From assembly GCA_964016885.1 (NCBI GenBank), contig OZ024744.1, positions 14,756,001 through 14,820,000 on the forward strand: a stretch of 64,000 nucleotides of DNA. The letters are read 5' to 3'. The notes below the pieces were generated by a model. It had not been told where the DNA came from and made no database searches. It was given only the letters and a program-made list of their open reading frames with translations. Positions within the stretch are counted from its first letter, which is position 1. Every line of letters begins with the position of its first letter. Positions 46,827 to 60,632 of this stretch are shown here, piece by piece. The position numbers and the translations under genes are program-made. Source of the stretch: Eledone cirrhosa (Eukaryota).

Positions 46827-49800
46827 CTTCCTTCTAACATATAACACTGTCTCTTACCTCTAACATATAACACTGTCTCTTACCTCTAACATATAACACT
46901 GTCTCTTACCTCTAACGTATAACACTGTCTCTTACCTCTATCATATAACACTGTCTCTTACCTCTATCATATAACACTGTCTCTTACCTCTAACATATAA
47001 CACTGTCTCTTCTAACATATAACACTGTCTCTTACTTCTAACATATAAAACTGTCTCTTACTTCTAACACATAAAACTGTCTCTTACCTCTAACATATAA
47101 CAATGTGTCTTCTAACATATAACACTGTCTCTTACTTCTAACATATAACACTGTCTCTTACATCTAACATACAACACTGTCTCTTACTTCTAACATATAA
47201 CACTGTCTCTTCTAACATATAAAACAGTCTCTTACTTCTAAAATATAACACTGTCTCTTCCTTCTAAAATATAACAGTGTGTCTTACTTTTAAATATACC
47301 ACTGTCTCTTACTTCTAAAATATAACACTGTCTCTTACTTCGAACATATAACACTGTCTCTTATTTCTAACATATAACACTGTCTCTTACTTCTAACATA
47401 TAACACTATGTCTAACCTCTAACATATAACACTGCCTCTTACTTCTACCATATAACACTGTCTCTTACTTCTAAAATATAACACTGTCTCTTACCGCTAA
47501 CATATAACACTGTCTCTTCTAACATATAACACTGACTCTTTCCTCTAACATATAACACCGTCTCTTACTTCTAACACATAACACTGTCTCTTACCTCTAA
47601 CATATAACACTGTCTCTTACCTATAACATATAACACTGTCTCTTACCTCTAACATATAACACTGTCTCTTACCTCTAATATATAACACTGTCTCTTACCT
47701 CTAACATATAACAATGTCTCTTACTTCTAACATATAACACTGTCTCTTACTTCTAACATATAACACTGTCTCTTACTTCTAACATATAACACTGTCTCTT
47801 CTAAGATACAACACTGTCTCTTACTTCTAACATATAACACTGTCTCTCACTTCAAAAATATAACGCTGTCTCTTACTTCTAGCATATAACACTGTCTCTT
47901 ACTTCTAAAATATAACACTGTCTCTTACTTCTAACATATAACACTGTCTCTTACTTCTAAAATATAACACTATCTCTTACTTCTAAAATATAACACTGTC
48001 TCTTACTTCTAACATATAACACTGTCCCTTACCTCTAACATATAACACTGTCTCTTCTAAGATACAACACTGTCTCTTACTTCTAACATACAACACTGTC
48101 TCTTACTTCTAACATATAACACTGTCTCTTCTAACATATAACACTGTCTCTTACTTCTAACATATAACACTGTCTCTTACTTCTAACATATAACACTGCC
48201 TCTTACTTGTAATATATAACACTGTCTCTTACCTCTAACATATAACACTGTCTCTTATTTCTAACATATAACACTGTCTCTTATTTCTAAAATATAACAC
48301 TGTCTCTTACTTCTAAAATATAAAACTGTCTCTTACTTCTAAAATATAAAACTGTCTCTTACTTCTAAAATATAACACTGTCTCTTACTTCTAACATATA
48401 ACACTGTCTCTTACTTCTAACATATAACACTGTCTCTTACATCTAACATATAACACTGTCTCTTACTTCTAACATATAACACTGTCTCTTACCTCTGACA
48501 TATAACACTGTCTCTTACATCTATCATATAACACTGTCTCTTCCTTCTAACATATAACACTGCCTCTTACTTGTAATATATAACACTGTCTCTTACCTCT
48601 AACATATAACACTGTCTCTTATTTCTAAAATATAACACTGTCTCTTACTTCCAACATATAACACTGTCTCTTACCTCTAACATATAACACTGTCTCTTAC
48701 ATCTAACATATAACACTGTCACTTACTTCTAACATATAACACTGTCTCTTACCTCTAACATATAACACTGTCTCTTACTGCTAACATATAACACTGTCTC
48801 TTACCTCTAACATATAACACTGTCTCTTCTAACATATAACACTGTCTCTCACTTCTAACATATAACACTGTCTCTTACTTCTAACATATAAAATGTCTCT
48901 TACCTCTAACATATAGTACTGTGTCTTCTAACATATAACACTGTCTCTTACATCTAACATACAACACTGTCTCTTACATCTATCATATAACACTGTCTCT
49001 TCCTTCTAACATATAACACTGCCTCTTACTTGTAATATATAACACTGTCTCTTACCTCTAACATATAACACTGTCTCTTCTAAGATATAACACTGTCTCT
49101 TACTTCTAACATATAACACTGTCTCTCACTTCTAAAATATAACACTGTCTCTTACTTCTAACATATAACACTGTCTCTTACCTCTAACATATAACAATGT
49201 CTCTTACTTCTAACATATAACACTGTCTCTTACTTCTAACATATAACACTGTCTCTTACCTCTAACATATAACACTGTCTCTTCTAACATATAACACTGT
49301 CTCTCACTTCTAACATATAACACTGTCTCTTACTTCTAACATATAAAATGTCTCTTACCTCTAACATATAGTACTGTGTCTTCTAACATATAACACTGTC
49401 TCTTACATCTAACATACAGCACTGTCTCTTACTTCGAACATATAACACTGTCGCTTCTAACATATAACACTGTTTCTTATTTCTAACATATAACACTGTC
49501 TCTTACTTCTAACATATAACACTATCTCTAACCTCTAACATATAACACTGTCTCTTACCTCTAACATATAACACTGTCTCTTACTTCTAACATATAACAC
49601 TGTCTCTTACTTCTAACATATAACACTGTCTCTTCTAACATATAACACTGTCTCTTACTTCTAAAATATAACACTGTCTCTTACTTCTGAAATATAACAC
49701 TGTCTCTTACTTCGAACATATAAGACTGTGTCTTATTTCTTACATATAACACTGTCTCTTACTTCTAACAAATAACACTATCTTTAACCTCTAACATATA

Positions 49801-52800
49801 ACACTGTCTCTTACATCTAACATATAACACTGTCACTTACTTCTAACATATAACACTGTCTCTTACCTCTAACATATAACACTGTCTCTTACCTCTAACA
49901 TATAACACTGTCTCTTACCTCTAATATATAACACTGTCTCTTACCTCTATCATATAACACTGTCTCTTACCTCTATCATATAACACTGTCTCTTACCTCT
50001 AACATATAACACTGTCTCTTCTAACATATAACACTGTCTCTAACTTCTAACATATAAAACTGTCTCTTACTTCTAACACATAAAACTGTCTCTTACCTCT
50101 AACATATAACAATGTGTCTTCTAACATATAACACTGTCTCTTACTTCTAACATATAACACTGTCTCTTACATCTAACATACAACACTGTCTCTTACTTCT
50201 AACATATAACACTGTCTCTTCTAACATATAAAACTGTCTCTTACTTCTAAAATATAACACTGTCTCTTACTTCTAACATATAACACTCTCTCTTACTTCT
50301 AAAATATAACACTGTCTCTTACTTCTAACATATAACACTATGTCTAACCTCTAACATATAAGACTGCCTCTTACTTCTACCATATAACACTGTCTCTTAC
50401 TTCTAAAATATAACACTCTCTCTTACCACTAACATATAACACTGACTCTTTCCTCTAACATATAACACCGTCTCTTACTTCTAACACATAACACTGTCTC
50501 TTACCTCTAACATATAACACTGTCTCTTACCTCTAACATATAACACTGTCTCTTACCTCTAACATATAACACTGTCTCTTACCTCTAATATATAACACTG
50601 TCTCTTACCTCTAACATATAACAATGTCTCTTACTTCTAACATATAACACTGTCTCTTACTTCTAACATATAACACTGTCTCTTACTTCTAACATATAAC
50701 ACTGTCTCTTACTTCTAACATATAACACTGTCTCTTCTAAGATATAACACTGTCTCTTACTACTAACATATAACACTGTCTCTCACTTCAAAAATATAAC
50801 GCTGTCTCTTACTTCTAACATATAACACTGTCTCTTACTTCTAAAATATAACACTGTCTCTTACTTCTAACATATAACACTGTCTCTTACTTCTAAAATA
50901 TAACACTATCTCTTACTTCTAAAATATAACACTGTCTCTTACTTCTAACATATAACACTGTCCCTTACCTCTAACATATAACACTGTCTCTTCTAAGATA
51001 TAACACTGTCTCTTACTTCTAACATACAACACTGTCTCTTACTTCTAACATATAACACTGTCTCTTCAAACATATAACACTGTCTCTTACTTCTAACATA
51101 TAACACTGTCTCTTACTTCTAACATATAACACTGCCTCTTACTTGTAATATATAACACTGTCTCTTACCTCTAACATATAACACTGTCTCTTATTTCTAA
51201 AATATAACACTGTCTCTTACTTCTAAAATATAAAACTGTCTCTTACTTCTAAAATATAACAGTCTCTTACTTCTAACATATAACACTGTCTCTTACTTCT
51301 AACATATAACACTGTCTCTTACATCTAACATATAACACTGTCTCTTACTTCTAACATATAACACTGTCTCTTACCTGTAACATATAACACTGTCTCTTAC
51401 CTCTAACATATAACACTGTCTCTTACCACTAATATAAAACACTGTCTCTTACCTCTGACATATAACACTGTCTCTTACATCTATCATATAACACTGTCTC
51501 TTACCTCTAACATATAACACTGTCTCTTCTAACATATAACACTGTCTCTTACTTCTAACATATAACACTGTCTCTTCTAACACATAAAACTGTCTCTTAC
51601 CTCTAACATATAACAATGTGTCTTCTAACATATAACACTGTCTCTTACTTCTAACATATAACACTGTCTCTTACATCTAACATACAACACTGTCTCTTAC
51701 TTCTAACATATAACACTGTCTCTTCTAACATATAAAACTGATCTTACTTCTAAAATATAACACTGTCCCTTACTTCTAACATATAACACTCTCTCTTACT
51801 TCGAAAATATAACACTGTCTCTTACTTCTAAAATATAACACTGTGTCTTACTTTTAAATATACCACTGTCTCTTACTTCTAAAATATAACAGTCTCTTAC
51901 TTCGAACATATAACACTGTCTCTTATTTCTAACATATAACACTGTCTCTTACTTCTAACATATAACACTATGTCTAACCTCTAACATATAACACTGCCTC
52001 TTACTTCTACCATATAACACTGTCTCTTACTTCTAAAATATAAAACTGTCTCTTACCGCTAACATATAACACTGTCTCTTACCTCTAACATATAACACTG
52101 TCTCTTACTTCTAAAATATAACACAGTCTCTTACTTCTAAAATATAACAGTCTCTTACTTCTAACATATAACACTGTCTCTTAATTCTAACACATAACAC
52201 TGTCTCTTACCTCTAACATATAACACTGTCTCTTACCTCTAACATATAACACTGTCTCTTAGCTCTAACATATAACACTGTCTCTTACCTCTAATATATA
52301 ACACTGTCTCTTACCTCTAACATATAACACTGTCTCTTACTTCTAACATATAACACTGTATCTTACTTCTAACATATAACACTGTCTCTTACTTCTAACA
52401 TATAACACTGTCTCTTACTTCTAACATATAAAACTGTCTCTTACCTCTAACATATAACACTGTCTCTTACTTCTAACATATAACACTGTCTCTTACATCT
52501 AACATACAACACTGTCTCTTACTTCTAACATATAACAATGTCTCTTCTAACATATAACACTGTATCTTACTTCTAAAATATAACACTGTCTCTTACCTCT
52601 AACATATAACACTGTCTCTTACTTCTAACATATAACACTGTCTCTTACTTCTAACATATAACACTGTCTCTTACTTCTAACATATAACACTGTCTCTTAC
52701 TTCTAACATATAAAACTGTCTCTTACCTCTAACATATAACACTGTCTCTTACTTCTAACATATAACACTGTCTCTTACATCTAACATACAACACTGTCTC

Positions 52801-55800
52801 TTACTTCTAACATATAACACTGTCTCTTACTTCTAACATATAACACTGTCTCTCACTTCTAAAATATAACACTGTCTCTTACTTCTAACATATACACTGT
52901 CCCTTACCTCTAACATATAACACTGTCTCTCACTTCTAAAATATAACACTGTCTCTTACTTCTAACATATAACACTGTTTCCTACTTCTAAAATATAACA
53001 CTGTCTCTTACTTCTAAAATATAACACTGTCTCTTACCTCTAACATATAACACTGTCTCTTACATCTAACATATAACACTGTCTCTTACATCTAACATAT
53101 AACACTGTCTCTTACTTCTAACATATAACACTGTCTCTTACTTCTAACATTTAACACTGTCTCTTACTTCTAATATTATAACACTGTCTCTTACTTCTAA
53201 CATATAACACTGTCTCTTACTTCTAACATATAACACTGTATATTACTTCTAAAACATAACACTGTCTCTTACTTCTAACATACAACACTGTCTCTTACTT
53301 CTAACATATAACACTGTCTCTACTAACATATAACACTGTCTCTTACTTCTAACATATAACACTGTCTCTTACTTCTAACATATAACACTGTCTATTACTT
53401 CTAAAACATAACACTGTCTCTTACTTCTAACAAACAACACTGTCTCTTACTTCTAACAGATAACACTGTCTGTTCTAACATATAACACTGTATCTTACTT
53501 CTAAATTATAACACTGTCTCTTACTTCTAAAATATAACACTGTCTCTTACTTCTAAAATATAACTCTGTCTCTTACTTCTAAAATATAACACTGTCTCTT
53601 ACTTCTAACATATAACACTGTCTCTTACTTCTAACATATAACACTATCTCTAACCTCTAACATATAACACTGTCTCTTACTTCTAACATATAACACTGTC
53701 TCTTACTTCTAAAATATAACACTGTCTCTTCCTTCTAACATATAACACTGTCTCTTACCTCTAACATATAACACTGTCTCTTACCTCTAACATATAACAC
53801 TGTCTCTTACCTCTAACGTATAACACTGTCTCTTACCTCTATCATATAACACTGTCTCTTACCTCTATCATATAACACTGTCTCTTACCTCTAACATATA
53901 ACACTGTCTCTTCTAACATATAACACTGTCTCTTACTTCTAACATATAAAACTGTCTCTTACTTCTAACACATAAAACTGTCTCTTACCTCTAACATATA
54001 ACAATGTGTCTTCTAACATATAACACTGTCTCTTACTTCTAACATATAACACTGTCTCTTACATCTAACATACAACACTGTCTCTTACTTCTAACATATA
54101 ACACTGTCTCTTCTAACATATAAAACAGTCTCTTACTTCTAAAATATAACACTGTCTCTTCCTTCTAAAATATAACAGTGTGTCTTACTTTTAAATATAC
54201 CACTGTCTCTTACTTCTAAAATATAACACTGTCTCTTACTTCGAACATATAACACTGTCTCTTATTTCTAACATATAACACTGTCTCTTACTTCTAACAT
54301 ATAACACTATGTCTAACCTCTAACATATAACACTGCCTCTTACTTCTACCATATAACACTGTCTCTTACTTCTAAAATATAACACTGTCTCTTACCGCTA
54401 ACATATAACACTGTCTCTTCTAACATATAACACTGACTCTTTCCTCTAACATATAACACCGTCTCTTACTTCTAACACATAACACTGTCTCTTACCTCTA
54501 ACATATAACACTGTCTCTTACCTATAACATATAACACTGTCTCTTACCTCTAACATATAACACTGTCTCTTACCTCTAATATATAACACTGTCTCTTACC
54601 TCTAACATATAACAATGTCTCTTACTTCTAACATATAACACTGTCTCTTACTTCTAACATATAACACTGTCTCTTACTTCTAACATATAACACTGTCTCT
54701 TCTAAGATATAACACTGTCTCTTACTTCTAACATATAACACTGTCTCTCACTTCAAAAATATAACGCTGTCTCTTACTTCTAGCATATAACACTGTCTCT
54801 TACTTCTAAAATATAACACTGTCTCTTACTTCTAACATATAACACTGTCTCTTACTTCTAAAATATAACACTATCTCTTACTTCTAAAATATAACACTGT
54901 CTCTTACTTCTAACATATAACACTGTCCCTTACCTCTAACATATAACACTGTCTCTTCTAAGATACAACACTGTCTCTTACTTCTAACATACAACACTGT
55001 CTCTTACTTCTAACATATAACACTGTCTCTTCTAACATATAACACTGTCTCTTACTTCTAACATATAACACTGTCTCTTACTTCTAACATATAACACTGC
55101 CTCTTACTTGTAATATATAACACTGTCTCTTACCTCTAACATATAACACTGTCTCTTATTTCTAACATATAACACTGTCTCTTATTTCTAAAATATAACA
55201 CTGTCTCTTACTTCTAAAATATAAAACTGTCTCTTACTTCTAAAATATAAAACTGTCTCTTACTTCTAAAATATAACACTGTCTCTTACTTCTAACATAT
55301 AACACTGTCTCTTACTTCTAACATATAACACTGTCTCTTACATCTAACATATAACACTGTCTCTTACTTCTAACATATAACACTGTCTCTTACCTCTGAC
55401 ATATAACACTGTCTCTTACATCTATCATATAACACTGTCTCTTCCTTCTAACATATAACACTGCCTCTTACTTGTAATATATAACACTGTCTCTTACCTC
55501 TAACATATAACACTGTCTCTTATTTCTAAAATATAACACTGTCTCTTACTTCCAACATATAACACTGTCTCTTACCTCTAACATATAACACTGTCTCTTA
55601 CATCTAACATATAACACTGTCACTTACTTCTAACATATAACACTGTCTCTTACCTCTAACATATAACACTGTCTCTTACTGCTAACATATAACACTGTCT
55701 CTTACCTCTAACATATAACACTGTCTCTTCTAACATATAACACTGTCTCTCACTTCTAACATATAACACTGTCTCTTACTTCTAACATATAAAATGTCTC

Positions 55801-58800
55801 TTACCTCTAACATATAGTACTGTGTCTTCTAACATATAACACTGTCTCTTACATCTAACATACAACACTGTCTCTTACATCTATCATATAACACTGTCTC
55901 TTCCTTCTAACATATAACACTGCCTCTTACTTGTAATATATAACACTGTCTCTTACCTCTAACATATAACACTGTCTCTTCTAAGATATAACACTGTCTC
56001 TTACTTCTAACATATAACACTGTCTCTCACTTCTAAAATATAACACTGTCTCTTACTTCTAACATATAACACTGTCTCTTACCTCTAACATATAACAATG
56101 TCTCTTACTTCTAACATATAACACTGTCTCTTACTTCTAACATATAACACTGTCTCTTACCTCTAACATATAACACTGTCTCTTCTAACATATAACACTG
56201 TCTCTCACTTCTAACATATAACACTGTCTCTTACTTCTAACATATAAAATGTCTCTTACCTCTAACATATAGTACTGTGTCTTCTAACATATAACACTGT
56301 CTCTTACATCTAACATACAGCACTGTCTCTTACTTCGAACATATAACACTGTCGCTTCTAACATATAACACTGTTTCTTATTTCTAACATATAACACTGT
56401 CTCTTACTTCTAACATATAACACTATCTCTAACCTCTAACATATAACACTGTCTCTTACCTCTAACATATAACACTGTCTCTTACTTCTAACATATAACA
56501 CTGTCTCTTACTTCTAACATATAACACTGTCTCTTCTAACATATAACACTGTCTCTTACTTCTAAAATATAACACTGTCTCTTACTTCTGAAATATAACA
56601 CTGTCTCTTACTTCGAACATATAAGACTGTGTCTTATTTCTTACATATAACACTGTCTCTTACTTCTAACAAATAACACTATCTTTAACCTCTAACATAT
56701 AACACTGTCTCTTACATCTAACATATAACACTGTCACTTACTTCTAACATATAACACTGTCTCTTACCTCTAACATATAACACTGTCTCTTACCTCTAAC
56801 ATATAACACTGTCTCTTACCTCTAATATATAACACTGTCTCTTACCTCTATCATATAACACTGTCTCTTACCTCTATCATATAACACTGTCTCTTACCTC
56901 TAACATATAACACTGTCTCTTCTAACATATAACACTGTCTCTAACTTCTAACATATAAAACTGTCTCTTACTTCTAACACATAAAACTGTCTCTTACCTC
57001 TAACATATAACAATGTGTCTTCTAACATATAACACTGTCTCTTACTTCTAACATATAACACTGTCTCTTACATCTAACATACAACACTGTCTCTTACTTC
57101 TAACATATAACACTGTCTCTTCTAACATATAAAACTGTCTCTTACTTCTAAAATATAACACTGTCTCTTACTTCTAACATATAACACTCTCTCTTACTTC
57201 TAAAATATAACACTGTCTCTTACTTCTAACATATAACACTATGTCTAACCTCTAACATATAAGACTGCCTCTTACTTCTACCATATAACACTGTCTCTTA
57301 CTTCTAAAATATAACACTCTCTCTTACCACTAACATATAACACTGACTCTTTCCTCTAACATATAACACCGTCTCTTACTTCTAACACATAACACTGTCT
57401 CTTACCTCTAACATATAACACTGTCTCTTACCTCTAACATATAACACTGTCTCTTACCTCTAACATATAACACTGTCTCTTACCTCTAATATATAACACT
57501 GTCTCTTACCTCTAACATATAACAATGTCTCTTACTTCTAACATATAACACTGTCTCTTACTTCTAACATATAACACTGTCTCTTACTTCTAACATATAA
57601 CACTGTCTCTTACTTCTAACATATAACACTGTCTCTTCTAAGATATAACACTGTCTCTTACTACTAACATATAACACTGTCTCTCACTTCAAAAATATAA
57701 CGCTGTCTCTTACTTCTAACATATAACACTGTCTCTTACTTCTAAAATATAACACTGTCTCTTACTTCTAACATATAACACTGTCTCTTACTTCTAAAAT
57801 ATAACACTATCTCTTACTTCTAAAATATAACACTGTCTCTTACTTCTAACATATAACACTGTCCCTTACCTCTAACATATAACACTGTCTCTTCTAAGAT
57901 ATAACACTGTCTCTTACTTCTAACATACAACACTGTCTCTTACTTCTAACATATAACACTGTCTCTTCAAACATATAACACTGTCTCTTACTTCTAACAT
58001 ATAACACTGTCTCTTACTTCTAACATATAACACTGCCTCTTACTTGTAATATATAACACTGTCTCTTACCTCTAACATATAACACTGTCTCTTATTTCTA
58101 AAATATAACACTGTCTCTTACTTCTAAAATATAAAACTGTCTCTTACTTCTAAAATATAACAGTCTCTTACTTCTAACATATAACACTGTCTCTTACTTC
58201 TAACATATAACACTGTCTCTTACATCTAACATATAACACTGTCTCTTACTTCTAACATATAACACTGTCTCTTACCTGTAACATATAACACTGTCTCTTA
58301 CCTCTAACATATAACACTGTCTCTTACCACTAATATAAAACACTGTCTCTTACCTCTGACATATAACACTGTCTCTTACATCTATCATATAACACTGTCT
58401 CTTACCTCTAACATATAACACTGTCTCTTCTAACATATAACACTGTCTCTTACTTCTAACATATAACACTGTCTCTTACTTCTAACACATAAAACTGTCT
58501 CTTACCTCTAACATATAACAATGTGTCTTCTAACATATAACACTGTCTCTTACTTCTAACATATAACACTGTCTCTTACATCTAACATACAACACTGTCT
58601 CTTACTTCTAACATATAACACTGTCTCTTCTAACATATAAAACTGATCTTACTTCTAAAATATAACACTGTCCCTTACTTCTAACATATAACACTCTCTC
58701 TTACTTCGAAAATATAACACTGTCTCTTACTTCTAAAATATAACACTGTGTCTTACTTTTAAATATACCACTGTCTCTTACTTCTAAAATATAACAGTCT

Positions 58801-60632
58801 CTTACTTCGAACATATAACACTGTCTCTTATTTCTAACATATAACACTGTCTCTTACTTCTAACATATAACACTATGTCTAACCTCTAACATATAACACT
58901 GCCTCTTACTTCTACCATATAACACTGTCTCTTACTTCTAAAATATAAAACTGTCTCTTACCGCTAACATATAACACTGTCTCTTACCTCTAACATATAA
59001 CACTGTCTCTTACTTCTAAAATATAACACAGTCTCTTACTTCTAAAATATAACAGTCTCTTACTTCTAACATATAACACTGTCTCTTAATTCTAACACAT
59101 AACACTGTCTCTTACCTCTAACATATAACACTGTCTCTTACCTCTAACATATAACACTGTCTCTTAGCTCTAACATATAACACTGTCTCTTACCTCTAAT
59201 ATATAACACTGTCTCTTACCTCTAACATATAACACTGTCTCTTACTTCTAACATATAACACTGTATCTTACTTCTAACATATAACACTGTCTCTTACTTC
59301 TAACATATAACACTGTCTCTTACTTCTAACATATAAAACTGTCTCTTACCTCTAACATATAACACTGTCTCTTACTTCTAACATATAACACTGTCTCTTA
59401 CATCTAACATACAACACTGTCTCTTACTTCTAACATATAACAATGTCTCTTCTAACATATAACACTGTATCTTACTTCTAAAATATAACACTGTCTCTTA
59501 CCTCTAACATATAACACTGTCTCTTACTTCTAACATATAACACTGTCTCTTACTTCTAACATATAACACTGTCTCTTACTTCTAACATATAACACTGTCT
59601 CTTACTTCTAACATATAAAACTGTCTCTTACCTCTAACATATAACACTGTCTCTTACTTCTAACATATAACACTGTCTCTTACATCTAACATACAACACT
59701 GTCTCTTACTTCTAACATATAACACTGTCTCTTACTTCTAACATATAACACTGTCTCTCACTTCTAAAATATAACACTGTCTCTTACTTCTAACATATAC
59801 ACTGTCCCTTACCTCTAACATATAACACTGTCTCTCACTTCTAAAATATAACACTGTCTCTTACTTCTAACATATAACACTGTTTCCTACTTCTAAAATA
59901 TAACACTGTCTCTTACTTCTAAAATATAACACTGTCTCTTACCTCTAACATATAACACTGTCTCTTACATCTAACATATAACACTGTCTCTTACATCTAA
60001 CATATAACACTGTCTCTTACTTCTAACATATAACACTGTCTCTTACTTCTAACATTTAACACTGTCTCTTACTTCTAATATTATAACACTGTCTCTTACT
60101 TCTAACATATAACACTGTCTCTTACTTCTAACATATAACACTGTATATTACTTCTAAAACATAACACTGTCTCTTACTTCTAACATACAACACTGTCTCT
60201 TACTTCTAACATATAACACTGTCTCTACTAACATATAACACTGTCTCTTACTTCTAACATATAACACTGTCTCTTACTTCTAACATATAACACTGTCTAT
60301 TACTTCTAAAACATAACACTGTCTCTTACTTCTAACAAACAACACTGTCTCTTACTTCTAACAGATAACACTGTCTGTTCTAACATATAACACTGTATCT
60401 TACTTCTAAATTATAACACTGTCTCTTACTTCTAAAATATAACACTGTCTCTTACTTCTAAAATATAACTCTGTCTCTTACTTCTAAAATATAACACTGT
60501 CTCTTACTTCTAACATATAACACTGTCTCTTACTTCTAACATATAACACTATCTCTAACCTCTAACATATAACACTGTCTCTTACTTCTAACATATAACA
60601 CTGTCTCTTACTTCTAAAATATAACACTGTCT
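46827..60632. repeat. Near-perfect tandem duplication of a 6.9-kb block (46827-53727 and 53728-60632)
   Basis: 'aacgta' 46917/53818, AGTACT 48915/55816 and 49370/56271, 'actaatataaaa' 51428/58329 (6901). 'tattataa' 53174/60079 is 6905 apart, after a 4-bp deletion near 51575 in copy 1. Confidence 0.93.

Noticed and set aside
51449-51664. 71-aa minus-strand ORF as a real CDS
   Set aside because: It lies wholly within the satellite, is just the translated 26/22-bp monomers, has no recognisable domain and is absent from four near-identical paralogous blocks.
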